The notes: generated by a model from the letters alone, not told the origin. Counted from the first letter of the stretch, positions 49,721 through 61,540 are shown. The stretch is 64,000 nt of DNA from Allosphingosinicella sp. (GCF_036387615.1 NZ_DASVTH010000032.1:7491-71490); one strand, 5' to 3'. Numbers and translations are program-made.

Positions 49721-49999
49721 TCAAACGTTGAGACGTTCGCGCATTTCCTTGCCGGGTTTGAAGTAGGGCACACGCTTGGCGGTGACGTCGACCGCTTCGC
49801 CGGTCCGCGGGTTGCGCCCTTTGCGCGCATCGCGCTCGCGGGTGGAAAATGCGCCAAAGCCGCGCAATTCCACACGGCCGCCTTGCTGCAACTGGTCAGT
49901 GACGGAATCGAAGAATGCCGTGACGACCCGTTCGATCTCCTTGCCCGTGAGATCGGGATGGTCATCGCACAGCTTCTGGACGAGTTCGGAACGGATCAC
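49721..49999 (-). CDS. ihfB: Integration host factor beta subunit
   Basis: IRSELVQ, RVELRGFGAF, GRNPRTGE, PYFKPGKEMR; downstream of rpsA. Confidence 0.95.
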   Translation of the reverse strand: MIRSELVQKLCDDHPDLTGKEIERVVTAFFDSVTDQLQQGGRVELRGFGAFSTRERDARKGRNPRTGEAVDVTAKRVPYFKPGKEMRERLNV

Positions 50000-50197
50000 G
50001 GCTTCAATCCCCCACCCCAAGGTGTTCAGCTTCTCGCGAGTTCTACCGTAGTTCCCGCAATAGCCAATCCGATGCATCGCACCAACGGATCGGAAAAGCA
50101 AGCCGGGGCAAAGACATGTTGCGACCGGCCGCCACCCCGCAAATGCCGAGCTGAGGCGGCGGGCGCTGCTGACACCCGCCGCTCACACGTGCAGCAA

Positions 50198-51907
<1,710 letters not shown>

Positions 51908-52281
51908 TTGGAGATGTGTCCTTGTGTTTGTTTTGCCGGCCCCGGGTTGTTTCCCGAGGTCTTGTAACCCGACCACCGCGTCCGCCCCATGCGGAAACGC
52001 GGCCGTCCCGGCGGGCATGGGCGCGCGGAAGCATCGGAGCCGACAAGGCAAAAGAGCGCGGCCTGAGCGGGCGTCACCGCCACAACCCCACCACGCTGTT
52101 CCCGAGCCTCCGCAGGCGCTTACGCCCGCTGGACAGGCGGGGCTATAGGGGAGGGAGCCATTCGTCCGCAAGTGGTACTTGCGGACGAGGCAGGACTGTG
52201 CCGGAAGGCAGCTCCTGGCCCGCAACCAAACAGGCGCTCAAGCCGCTACGCGGATCGGGGAAAGCCGGCTATCGGCGCGCC

Positions 52282-54267
52282 ATGAACAGTGTCGCGTCCA
52301 CCGCCTCGATCGGTGCCACCTCGCTCCTGGCCTCACTCCTCTTCGGTTCGGCCGCACAGGCGCAGCAGCCGATCGCCGCCGAGCAGGAGCAGCAGCAGGA
52401 GACGGAGGCCGATGAAGAAGAGATCATCGTCCAGGGCACCCGCACAGGTCGGCGGATTCAGGACGAACCAATTCGGGTCGAGGTGATCACCCGCGAGGAG
52501 ATCGAGGAAAAGCTGCTGATGCGGCCGGGGAACATCGCCATGCTGGTCAACGAGACTGGCGGCGTGCGCGTCCAGGTGACCTCGCCTGCATTGGGCGCGG
52601 CCAACATCCGAGTTCAAGGCATGGAGGGTCGCTACACGCAGCTGCTCGCCGATGGCTTGCCGCTCTACGGCGGCCAGGCCTCTTCGCTCGGCGTCCTGCA
52701 GATCCCACCGACCGATCTCGGCCAGGTGGAGGTGATCAAGGGCACCGCCTCCGCACTCTACGGCGCCTCCGCGCTTGGCGGCGTCATCAACCTCGTCTCG
52801 CGGCGTCCGGGCGAGGAGTTCGAGGCCGAAGTGCTCGCCAACGCAACCAGCCGGAATGGCCAGGACCTGACCGGCTATCTCTCGTCACCGCTCGGCAATG
52901 GCTGGAGCGCCTCGATAACCGGCGGCGCGCACCGGCAGAGCCGTCATGACCTGGACGAGGACGGCTGGATCGACATTCCTTTCTATGAGCGATTGACGGC
53001 ACGTCCACGTTTGTTCTGGCAGGGCACAAGCGGCGCGTCCGCCTACCTCACGGTGGGGGCGATGATCGAGGAGAGGGAGGGCGGCACCCTGCCTGGTCGT
53101 ACCACGCCGGACGGTCGCCCGTTCGCGCAGACCCAGAGCACGGACCGGCTCGACACCGGGCTTGCCGCCGAGTTCCCGGTCGAGCGACTCGGCAGCCTGC
53201 ACCTTCGCGCATCCGCCATGACCCAGGGTCATCGGCATCGGTTCGGTGATGTCGCCGAGGAGGATCGCCACGGCACTTTGTTCGCCGAAGCCTCGCTGGC
53301 CGGACATTCGGATGCGACTGGCTGGCTCGCCGGCGTCGCGTTCCAGGATGACAGCTTCCGTTCCAAGACCTTTCCGGTCTTCAACTACACTTTCGATGTC
53401 CCGGCCTTGTTCGCGCAGGTCGAGCATGAGTTGGGCCCTGAGCTGACCGTAGCCGCCAGCGCGCGGCTCGACTTTCACAGCGAATACGGAACGCAGCTAA
53501 GTCCGCGCCTGTCGGCGCTCTACCGGCCTGGATCCTGGAGCATCCGCGCTTCGCTCGGCCGCGGCTTCTATGCGCCCACGCCGTTTGTGGAGGAGATCGA
53601 GGCTGCCGGCCTGTCGCGGCTGGAGCCGCTGAGCGGCCTGAGGGCCGAGACGGCGCAGACCGCGTCCATCGACATCGGGTACGCACCCGGGCCCCTGGAG
53701 GCTAGCGTCACCCTGTTCGCCTCCGACATCGACAAGGCCACGCGGCTGGAGATTGTCGCGGCGGATCGGGTGCGGCTCGTGAACATCGAGGGTCACACTC
53801 GCATCCGCGGGTCGGAGCTCCTGCTGCGCTACAGGTGGGACGCGTTCTCGATCACCGGCAGCTATGTCTTCGTCGACGCGACTGAGCCCGATGACATGGC
53901 CGCAAATCGGAGGCGGGTGCCTCTGACGCCCCGCCACACAGCTGGCGCGGTGGCGATGTGGGAACAGCACGGAAAAGGGCGCATCGGGATCGAAGCATAT
54001 TATACGGGCCGCCAATCGCTCGAAGACAATCCTTATCGAACGGAAAGTCGGCCTTATCTTCATCTCGGCGTCCTCGGCGAGGTCGTGCTTGGCAAGATCA
54101 GCCTGTTCGCCAACGCCGAGAACATTCTGGGCGTCCGCCAAACCCGTTACGATCCGCTCCTCCTCCCGCAACGCAGGCCCAGCGGCCAGTGGACAGTCGA
54201 TGTTTGGGCGCCAACGGAAGGCTTCATCCTGAACGGCGGCCTGCGGCTGCGCTTCGGCGGACAGTGA
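52282..54267 (+). CDS. TonB-dependent receptor
   Basis: Signal peptide, TonB box EIIVQGTR, plug VEVIKG.ASALYG..ALGGVIN, barrel strands. Confidence 0.92.
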   Translation: MNSVASTASIGATSLLASLLFGSAAQAQQPIAAEQEQQQETEADEEEIIVQGTRTGRRIQDEPIRVEVITREEIEEKLLMRPGNIAMLVNETGGVRVQVTSPALGAANIRVQGMEGRYTQLLADGLPLYGGQASSLGVLQIPPTDLGQVEVIKGTASALYGASALGGVINLVSRRPGEEFEAEVLANATSRNGQDLTGYLSSPLGNGWSASITGGAHRQSRHDLDEDGWIDIPFYERLTARPRLFWQGTSGASAYLTVGAMIEEREGGTLPGRTTPDGRPFAQTQSTDRLDTGLAAEFPVERLGSLHLRASAMTQGHRHRFGDVAEEDRHGTLFAEASLAGHSDATGWLAGVAFQDDSFRSKTFPVFNYTFDVPALFAQVEHELGPELTVAASARLDFHSEYGTQLSPRLSALYRPGSWSIRASLGRGFYAPTPFVEEIEAAGLSRLEPLSGLRAETAQTASIDIGYAPGPLEASVTLFASDIDKATRLEIVAADRVRLVNIEGHTRIRGSELLLRYRWDAFSITGSYVFVDATEPDDMAANRRRVPLTPRHTAGAVAMWEQHGKGRIGIEAYYTGRQSLEDNPYRTESRPYLHLGVLGEVVLGKISLFANAENILGVRQTRYDPLLLPQRRPSGQWTVDVWAPTEGFILNGGLRLRFGGQ

Positions 54268-54447
54268 AGCCTGAAAGCCTCGCCAGTTGAGCAACTGCGA
54301 ACGTGCAGCCGGGAACCTTCACGCTACGGCTTGTGCTAAAAGCAGACGCCTTGGGACGCAGCAGGGGCGGTCCGTTGACTCAGTGTCAATGCGGCGCTTA
54401 CCAAATCTCATCGGGGTGGTGAAAGCCGCCTCTCAACAGGGGAGGGC

Positions 54448-55269
54448 ATGATGCGTCTCACAATCCTTCTCGCCAGCGTCGTTTGGGCAACGCCAGCGCT
54501 CGCGTCCGGAAGTCCGCATCCTAAACACACGAAACCGCAAGGCATCCCGGTCGCGAAGCTGCCGCACCTCAACTATGGTGCCAAGCCAGCGCACCCGGCG
54601 AAGCCGCCGAAACTCGTGTACCAGCACTTGCCGCCAGCCTGGAAGGCGCCGCCAAAGGGAACACCTGTTGGTCATTTGCCGCACCTCAACTACGGCCAGA
54701 ATATCAAAAACAGCGCCCACGCGGGTGCTCATGCCGGAGCGAAGGCTGGTGCATCGGCCACCGGCGGCGCAGCCTCGATCGGCAATGTTTCGACGGGGCC
54801 TTCCACGGCCACAGCTTCGAACTCGAACACCAACAACGCCAACAACTCGTCCAATCTCTCGTCGAACGTCTCGGTGGAGGGCGACACCTACATCCATCGT
54901 GAAGCCCGCAACCGCCGGATCCCGGTGAGCACGGCATATGCTGCTCCGCTGACGTCTGGCATCGACACCTGTTTGGGAAGCGCAAGTGCCGGCGTTCAGA
55001 CGGGCATCCTCGGGGTGAGCCTGGGCGGCACGAAGCGGGACCGCATCTGCGAGACGATCAAGCTCTCCCGTGAGCTTCACCACATGGGCATGCGCGAGGG
55101 CGCGGTTCAACTGCTCTGCAACGACGAGCGCGTCCGCGTCGCCATGCGAAACGCCGGGACACCTTGCGAGGCAGTGACCTACGAGCCGCCGATGGCGTAT
55201 GACGCACCGCCTCCGCCCATCGAATATGCACCCCCTCCACCTAAGCCTAGGCGTGGGGAACGAGGGTAA
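54448..55269 (+). CDS. Secreted hypothetical protein with Pro/His repeats and a four-Cys C-terminal domain
   Basis: GGAGGG RBS, signal peptide (ALA), duplicated LPHLNYG, C-terminal Cys domain. Confidence 0.75.
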   Translation: MMRLTILLASVVWATPALASGSPHPKHTKPQGIPVAKLPHLNYGAKPAHPAKPPKLVYQHLPPAWKAPPKGTPVGHLPHLNYGQNIKNSAHAGAHAGAKAGASATGGAASIGNVSTGPSTATASNSNTNNANNSSNLSSNVSVEGDTYIHREARNRRIPVSTAYAAPLTSGIDTCLGSASAGVQTGILGVSLGGTKRDRICETIKLSRELHHMGMREGAVQLLCNDERVRVAMRNAGTPCEAVTYEPPMAYDAPPPPIEYAPPPPKPRRGERG

Positions 55270-55385
55270 GCTCACAGGACGGGAGGGGCTATTGCGGTCC
55301 GGCGGTCTCCGGTTCGGGACAATCCGCGCGGGTGCGGGATGAACGCGCCGATCCGGTCGGACGCCGAGCCGCCGGTGCTGACGCT

Positions 55386-56015
55386 CTAGGCGGAGTCCCG
55401 CTTCGGCATCAGGGCGGCGTCGGTGTCCTTGGCCTTGCAGTAAGCGGGACGGGCGGTGATGCGGGCAACATACTCCTCGAAGCCCGGGCGCTTTTCCATC
55501 GTGCCGAACTGCGTGCCCCAGGAGATCTGCGAGCCGAGATAAACGTCAAGCGCAGAGAATTTGTCGCCGAGCAGATACGGGCCCGTGGCGACAAGTTGCT
55601 CGAGTACACCGAGCACTGTGTCGTAGCCGCCATAACCAACCATCATCGACTGCTCGGGGCTTGGGTCCCATTTCAGATAGTGGTTGGTGACGGCGTGCTC
55701 GACCGGGCCGGCGCCAAAGAACATCCAGCGAAGATACGATCCTCGTAACGGGTCCCGGGGCGCGGGCGCGAGCTGGCGGTCGGGAAAGGCGTCGGCGAGA
55801 TAGGCGCAGATGGCCGCCCCTTCGGTGACCACCACCTCTCCGTGCCGGATCGCAGGGACCTTGCCCATCGGATTGATTGCCAGATAGTCGGGCGACTTCA
55901 TGGTGGTGCCGTAATCGAGCAGCACCGTCTCGTAAGGCTGGCCGACTTCCTCCAGCATCCAGCGCGCAATCTGCCCGCGCGACATTGGGTTGGTGTAGAA
56001 GGTGATGTCAGCCAT
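55386..56015 (-). CDS. Glutathione S-transferase family protein
   Basis: SRGQIARWMLEE, INPMGKVP, EGAAICAYLAD. Confidence 0.92.
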   Translation of the reverse strand: MADITFYTNPMSRGQIARWMLEEVGQPYETVLLDYGTTMKSPDYLAINPMGKVPAIRHGEVVVTEGAAICAYLADAFPDRQLAPAPRDPLRGSYLRWMFFGAGPVEHAVTNHYLKWDPSPEQSMMVGYGGYDTVLGVLEQLVATGPYLLGDKFSALDVYLGSQISWGTQFGTMEKRPGFEEYVARITARPAYCKAKDTDAALMPKRDSA

Positions 56016-56067
56016 GCGCGCCTCGTGGTGTGGTCAGGCGAGTTTAGCGCGAATGCTGAACAATGAA

Positions 56068-56306
56068 ACCCGCTCCCTTTGACGGGAGAGGGTACGGAGC
56101 CTTGCGATAAAGGAGCCTAGGCGGAGTTGGAGAGGGCGACCCCGTCGGCGGCTGAACTCGACCGGTGTCACCCTCTCCCAGCTTCGCCTAAGCTCGCCAA
56201 AGCGGCTCGCTAAGGCTGCGCAACCATGAGCGGGTGAACACGCCCCCGGCATGTTCATGATTGTCCGGAGGCATTCCGGCCCGCTCATCCCATCAAGGGA
56301 GAGGGT
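56068..56306. repeat. MITE/REP-like long palindromic element with a nested 63-bp insert
   Basis: Ends ACCCGCTCCCTTTGACGGG and CCCATCAAGGGAGAGGGT are imperfect inverted repeats; inner arms AGCCTAGGCGGAGTTGG / CCAGCTTCGCCTAAGCT. Confidence 0.75.
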
Positions 56307-56311
56307 CTGTA

Positions 56312-58660
56312 TCAGGCCTGCGGTTCGGGTTGGCCTTGGTCGGCCTGGCCTTCGGCCTCCCCGATCTGGACCTTTCGGCCCTTCTTCTTGGCCGCCTTGG
56401 GCGGGGCGGAGACGATCTCGAACGCGGGTGCGTTGTCCTTGATCGTGACCTTGACCTCGCCGCCGTGCATCAGCTTGCCGAACAGTAGCTCCTCCGCGAG
56501 CGGCTGCTTGATCTTCTCCTGAACCAGGCGGCCCATCGGGCGCGCGCCGTAGAGCTTGTCGTAGCCGCGCGTCGTCAGCCAGGCTTTGGCCTCGTCGTCG
56601 AGGTGGATGTGGACGTTGCGATCCGCCAGCTGAAGCTCGAGCTGGAGGATGAACTTGTCGACAACCCGGGCGACCACTTCCGGCGGCAGGTAGCTGAACG
56701 GCACGATCGCATCGAGGCGGTTGCGGAATTCCGGCGTGAACATCCGCTTGATCGCTTCCTCATCCTCGCCCTCGCGGGTCATGGCGCCGAAGCCCACCGC
56801 CTCGCGCGCCATGTCGCTGGCGCCCGCATTGGTGGTCATGATGAGGATGACGTTGCGGAAATCAACCGTCTTGCCGTGGTGATCGGTGAGCTTGCCGTTA
56901 TCCATCACCTGCAGGAGGATGTTGAACAGGTCCGGATGGGCCTTCTCGATCTCGTCCAGCAGAAGCACGGAGTGCGGATGCTGGTCGACGGCGTCGGTCA
57001 GCAGGCCGCCCTGGTCGTAGCCGACATAGCCCGGAGGCGCACCGATCAGGCGGCTCACCGAATGCCGTTCCATGTATTCCGACATGTCGAAACGCTGGAG
57101 CGGGATGCCCATGATGCTGGCCAGCTGACGCGCCACCTCCGTCTTGCCGACGCCGGTCGGGCCGGAGAAGAGATAGTTGCCGATCGGCTTGTCGGGATCG
57201 CGGAGACCTGCCCGCGACAGCTTGATCGCCGAGGAGAGGACGCCGATCGCGGCATCCTGGCCGAACACGACCCGCTTGAGGTCGCGGTCGAGATGCTCGA
57301 GCGCCTTCTTGTCGTCGGTCGAGACGCTCTTCGGCGGGATGCGAGCGATGGTCGAGATGACCTGCTCGATCTCCTTGACCGTGATCGTCTTCTTGCGCTT
57401 GTTCGGCGGCACCAGCATCTGCATTGCGCCGACTTCGTCGATCACGTCGATCGCCTTGTCCGGCAGCTTGCGGTCGTTGATGTAGCGCGCCGACAGCTCG
57501 ACCGCCGACTTGATCGCATCGGGCGTGTACTTGACCTTGTGATGATCCTCGAACGCGGTGCGAAGCCCTGCCAGGATCTTGATTGTGTCCTCGATCGTCG
57601 GCTCGTTGACGTCGATCTTCTGGAACCGGCGCAGCAGCGCGCGATCTTTTTCGAAGTGGTTGCGGAACTCCTTGTAAGTGGTGGAGCCGATGCACCGGAT
57701 CGTGCCGCCCGACAGAGCGGGCTTCAGGAGGTTTGAGGCGTCCATCGCGCCGCCCGAAGTCGCGCCGGCGCCGATCACCGTGTGGATCTCGTCGATGAAC
57801 AGGATCGCGTGGGGAAGCTTCTCGAGCTCCGTCACCACCGCCTTGAGGCGCTCCTCGAAGTCGCCGCGATAGCGAGTGCCGGCGAGCAACGCGCCCATGT
57901 CGAGCGAGTAGATCACCGCCTCGCGAAGCACCTCGGGGACGTCGCCCTCGATGATCTTGCGCGCCAGGCCTTCGGCGATGGCCGTCTTGCCGACGCCCGG
58001 GTCGCCCACATAGAGCGGGTTGTTCTTGGAGCGGCGGCACAGGATCTGCACCGTGCGATCGACCTCCGGCCCGCGGCCGATCAGTGGATCGACGCGGCCG
58101 GAGTGCGCCTTCTCATTGAGGTTGACGGTGAACTGCTTGAGCGGGCTCTCGCTCTTCTTCTTGCCGTCCTCCTGCTTGGGCTCCTCGGCGCCCTTGACCT
58201 CGGGCGCCTCGGTGGAGGTCTCGCCCTTGCCGACGCCGTGGCTGATATAGCTGACCGCATCGAGGCGGCTCATGTCCTGCTGCTGGAGGAAATAAACGGC
58301 ATAGCTCTCGCGCTCGGAAAAGAGTGCGACAAGCACGTTGGCGCCGGTCACCTCGTCGCGACCGGAGGACTGGACGTGGAGGATGGCGCGCTGGACAACC
58401 CGCTGGAAGCCGCTGGTGGGGGAGGGATCGGTATCCGCGTCGACCTTCAGCGCTTCCAGTTCGGTGTCGAGATACTGGCGAACCGCCTCACGCAGCTCCT
58501 TCAAGTCGACCCCGCAGGCTGACATGACCTTGGATGCATGGGCATCCTCGACAAGCGCGAGCAGCAGGTGCTCCAGCGTCGCATATTCGTGCCGGCGGCC
58601 GCTCGCCTCGGCCAAAGCCGTATGGAGCGTTTGTTCGAGTTCGCGGGCGAAAGACGGCAT
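56312..58660 (-). CDS. clpA: ATP-dependent Clp protease ATP-binding subunit ClpA
   Basis: HEYATLEHLL, two Walker A motifs (GDPGVGKT, GPTGVGKT), SRLIGAPPGYVG; no ClpB M-domain. Confidence 0.97.
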   Translation of the reverse strand: MPSFARELEQTLHTALAEASGRRHEYATLEHLLLALVEDAHASKVMSACGVDLKELREAVRQYLDTELEALKVDADTDPSPTSGFQRVVQRAILHVQSSGRDEVTGANVLVALFSERESYAVYFLQQQDMSRLDAVSYISHGVGKGETSTEAPEVKGAEEPKQEDGKKKSESPLKQFTVNLNEKAHSGRVDPLIGRGPEVDRTVQILCRRSKNNPLYVGDPGVGKTAIAEGLARKIIEGDVPEVLREAVIYSLDMGALLAGTRYRGDFEERLKAVVTELEKLPHAILFIDEIHTVIGAGATSGGAMDASNLLKPALSGGTIRCIGSTTYKEFRNHFEKDRALLRRFQKIDVNEPTIEDTIKILAGLRTAFEDHHKVKYTPDAIKSAVELSARYINDRKLPDKAIDVIDEVGAMQMLVPPNKRKKTITVKEIEQVISTIARIPPKSVSTDDKKALEHLDRDLKRVVFGQDAAIGVLSSAIKLSRAGLRDPDKPIGNYLFSGPTGVGKTEVARQLASIMGIPLQRFDMSEYMERHSVSRLIGAPPGYVGYDQGGLLTDAVDQHPHSVLLLDEIEKAHPDLFNILLQVMDNGKLTDHHGKTVDFRNVILIMTTNAGASDMAREAVGFGAMTREGEDEEAIKRMFTPEFRNRLDAIVPFSYLPPEVVARVVDKFILQLELQLADRNVHIHLDDEAKAWLTTRGYDKLYGARPMGRLVQEKIKQPLAEELLFGKLMHGGEVKVTIKDNAPAFEIVSAPPKAAKKKGRKVQIGEAEGQADQGQPEPQA

Positions 58661-58789
58661 GTTCAACTCCTTGAGCGCCCGCGCGAAACTGTCACGGGCG
58701 GCTTGATCGTAATGTCGTGCCGCCTCGGCCCGCGATCAAGCAGGCCACCCGCTTCACGGCATGATTAACGCCGGCCTCGGGGGAGCGGT

Positions 58790-58987
58790 TCATTTCCTGA
58801 AGATCGCTTCGGCGCTTGCGCGAAAGGAGACGGAGGCATCGATCTTGGCGCGCACCCGCGCGATCTCGGCTTCCAGCCCCGCAATCCGGGCGTGGAGTTC
58901 GTCCACGGACAGCGGATCGAGATCCTGCTTGCCAAGCTGGGTCAGCGGATCGTCCGGCTTGGCCGGGAAGAGTTCGTCCAGGTCCAT
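58790..58987 (-). CDS. DUF1192 small protein
   Basis: QDLDPLSVDEL..RI..LEAEI.R...AEAIF. Confidence 0.85.
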   Translation of the reverse strand: MDLDELFPAKPDDPLTQLGKQDLDPLSVDELHARIAGLEAEIARVRAKIDASVSFRASAEAIFRK

Positions 58988-59070
58988 CAACACGGAACGT
59001 TGACCGGAGCGGAGTCGCTGTCAACAACGCGCGCCACGACCGGCGCATATTCTCGATGGAGCGTGACTCG

Positions 59071-60081
59071 ATGGCCACCGTGCCGCCTACAATGCGGGCG
59101 ATCGACCCCGAAGGGCCGGGCGGGCCCGAGGTGCTGACCCTGGTCGAGCGGCCCGTGCCCGAGCCTGGCGAGGGCGAGGTGCTGATCAAGATCGAAGCGG
59201 CGGGCGTCAATCGCCCGGACCTGATGCAACGGATCGGCGCTTATCCGCCGCCGCCGGGGGCGCCTAGCATCCCGGGCCTGGAGGTCGCCGGCCGCGTGGT
59301 CGGCGTCGGCGCGGGTGTGTTTCCCTCGGGCTGGATGGCCAAGCGGGTCTGCGCACTGGTCAGTGGCGGCGGGTATGCGGAATATTGCACCTCGCCCACT
59401 GGCCAATGCCTGAATGTGCCCGGCCCGCTCAGCATGGTCGAGGCCGCCGCGCTGCCTGAGGCGGTGTTCACCGTCTGGACCAATCTGTTCGGCATCGGCG
59501 GCGCCAAGCGCGGCGACACGGTACTGGTGCATGGCGGGACCAGCGGGATCGGGACCACTGCGATCCTGCTGGGGCGGCTGTTCGAGCTTAACGTCATCGT
59601 CACTGCCGGATCGGACGAGAAGTGCGCCCGAGCGGTCCAACTGGGCGCGCGCTATGCGATCAACTACCGCTCCGGCGACTTCGTCGAGGCGGTCAAGGAG
59701 TTGACGCAAGACAAGGGCGTGCAGGTCGTGCTCGACATGGTCGGGGGCGATTATCTGTCCCGCAACCTGGCGTGCCTGGCCGAAGATGGGCGTCACGTCT
59801 CGATCGCGGCGCAGCGCGGAGCGATGGCCGAGGTGCAGCTGTGGCACATCATGCGCCGCCGCCTGACGCTCACCGGCTCGACGCTGCGCGCCCGGTCGGT
59901 CGCGTTCAAGTCATCCCTCGCGGTAGAAATCCAGAAGAAGGTCTGGCCCTTTCTCGAGACCGGCCGCATGCGCCCGGTCATCGACACGGTCTTTCCGCTC
60001 GCCCGGGCGAGCAAGGCGCACGCCCGGATGGAAAGCGGTGTGCACGTCGGCAAGGTGATACTGGAGGTCGGCGACGGGTGA
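59071..60081 (+). CDS. NAD(P)H-quinone oxidoreductase (PIG3 family)
   Basis: AGVNRPD, HGGTSGIG, GSTLRAR. Confidence 0.92.
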   Translation: MATVPPTMRAIDPEGPGGPEVLTLVERPVPEPGEGEVLIKIEAAGVNRPDLMQRIGAYPPPPGAPSIPGLEVAGRVVGVGAGVFPSGWMAKRVCALVSGGGYAEYCTSPTGQCLNVPGPLSMVEAAALPEAVFTVWTNLFGIGGAKRGDTVLVHGGTSGIGTTAILLGRLFELNVIVTAGSDEKCARAVQLGARYAINYRSGDFVEAVKELTQDKGVQVVLDMVGGDYLSRNLACLAEDGRHVSIAAQRGAMAEVQLWHIMRRRLTLTGSTLRARSVAFKSSLAVEIQKKVWPFLETGRMRPVIDTVFPLARASKAHARMESGVHVGKVILEVGDG

Positions 60082-60105
60082 GCCGGACCTAGCCCAAGGA
60101 GGAGC

Positions 60106-60585
60106 TCAATCGTCGCGGTCGCTGCCGCAGATTTCGCCCGTGCGGCAGGCCTCGCCCAGGGCGAACACGACCGCAACCAACACCCCCACGCCGATCGCGA
60201 CATAGCCGACCGTTGATATCCCGTGCTTGCCGGCGCGTTCGTCAACCCTGCCATTCGGCGCGATCCCGAGCCGATCGACGCGCCTGCCCGCGAGCCTGAG
60301 CGTGACCGGTTCCCCGCCGTCAGTTCCAAATGCCAGGCCCTCGCCAAAGCGCATCCGCACAGCGCCATCACCCGTCGTGGACCGCTGCATCGGCGCAATT
60401 GCGAAGGCGGCGCTCGCCTTGGGCGCCGCACCGAGCGAGAGCCGCAAGCGAGCGCCCGCGAACGCGCCCATGCTGCGCTCTCCCGCAGACGGCGGCCCCG
60501 CATCAAGGCTCGCAGCGTGTGCGGGCTGGGTGGCGCCTGCAATGGCAGCGACAATCAAAGCCGCGGCGGCAACGCACTTCATCAT
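60106..60585 (-). CDS. Hypothetical protein with signal peptide and C-terminal TM
   Basis: Hydrophobic N-terminus ending AHA; C-terminal VGYVAIGVGVLVAVVFALG. Confidence 0.6.
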   Translation of the reverse strand: MMKCVAAAALIVAAIAGATQPAHAASLDAGPPSAGERSMGAFAGARLRLSLGAAPKASAAFAIAPMQRSTTGDGAVRMRFGEGLAFGTDGGEPVTLRLAGRRVDRLGIAPNGRVDERAGKHGISTVGYVAIGVGVLVAVVFALGEACRTGEICGSDRDD

Positions 60586-60789
60586 GGTATCCCCTTCGTT
60601 CGCACCCGATCGCCCCTGCGGCGTTCTTGCGGGTCGGCTGCAGGCTCGATCCACAGTTCGGTTTTTGTGTGGCACAGATCGTTCGCAGGCGGCGCGGGAC
60701 TCACGGGCACGTTTTCGGGCGAATCCGGCACGCACGAACGCATTGCTTGCCCTTCGCGCCACCCTGCACTAAGTCTCCGCGATTGCTTC

Positions 60790-60822
60790 GGCCGCTCCGT
60801 GAGGGGCGGCCCTTTCTTTATT
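60790..60822 (+). terminator. Terminator-like hairpin in the DUF1013 gene leader
   Basis: GGCCGCTCC-GTGA-GGGGCGGCC followed by CTTTCTTTATT. Confidence 0.5.
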
Positions 60823-60838
60823 CCGGAGTACTTGCGCA

Positions 60839-61540
60839 GTGGCCCAGCCGCTCATGCCTCACGCGACCGCATCCTGGCTGGTCGACAATAGTTCGCTGAC
60901 CTTTCAGCAGATTGCGGAGTTCTGCGGGCTTCACATCCTTGAGATCCAGGCGATCGCTGATGACACCGCGGCGACAAAGCTGACCGGGCGCGATCCGATC
61001 CGGGCCGGCGAGTTGACGCAGGAGGAGATCGAGCGCGGGCAGAATGATCCCAATTACAAGCTGCGCATGTTCAAAGTGCCGGACGAGGTCCGCCGCACCA
61101 AGGGGCCGCGCTATACTCCCGTATCGAAGCGCCAGGACAAGCCCGACGGCATCGCCTGGATCATCCGCAATCACCCGGAAATCAGCGACGGCCAGATTGG
61201 CAAGCTGATCGGCACGACGCGGACCACGATCGCGGCGATCCGTGATCGATCCCACTGGAACATCTCCAACATCACTCCCAAGGATCCGGTCACGCTCGGT
61301 CTGTGCTCGCAACGCGAGCTCGATGCGCTGGTCGCCAAGGTGGCCAAGGCGGCAGGGCACGAGCCATCGCCGGACGATGGCCGTCTTGCCGGCGACCGCG
61401 AGGCGCTGATTTCGGAACTGCGCGCCGAGCGCGAGTCGAATGCGCGGCTAGCCGAGGCTGCACACGCCGCCGAGCTGGCCGGCGAGACCGCCGCTCCCGC
61501 ATCCAGCGACCGCGGCTTTGTCGACCCGTTCAGAAGCTGA
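60839..61540 (+). CDS. trcR: DUF1013 protein (TrcR-like)
   Basis: PLMPHATASWLVDN, GPRYTPVSKRQDKPD, HWN..I.PKDPV.LGLC. Confidence 0.88.
   Translation: MAQPLMPHATASWLVDNSSLTFQQIAEFCGLHILEIQAIADDTAATKLTGRDPIRAGELTQEEIERGQNDPNYKLRMFKVPDEVRRTKGPRYTPVSKRQDKPDGIAWIIRNHPEISDGQIGKLIGTTRTTIAAIRDRSHWNISNITPKDPVTLGLCSQRELDALVAKVAKAAGHEPSPDDGRLAGDREALISELRAERESNARLAEAAHAAELAGETAAPASSDRGFVDPFRS

Noticed and set aside
54375-54389. FNR/FixK box
   Set aside because: The spacing is N5 with TTGAC arms rather than TTGAT-N4-ATCAA, so it is kept only as an unassigned palindrome
56226-56288. Hammerhead ribozyme
   Set aside because: No CUGANGA/GAAA core on either strand
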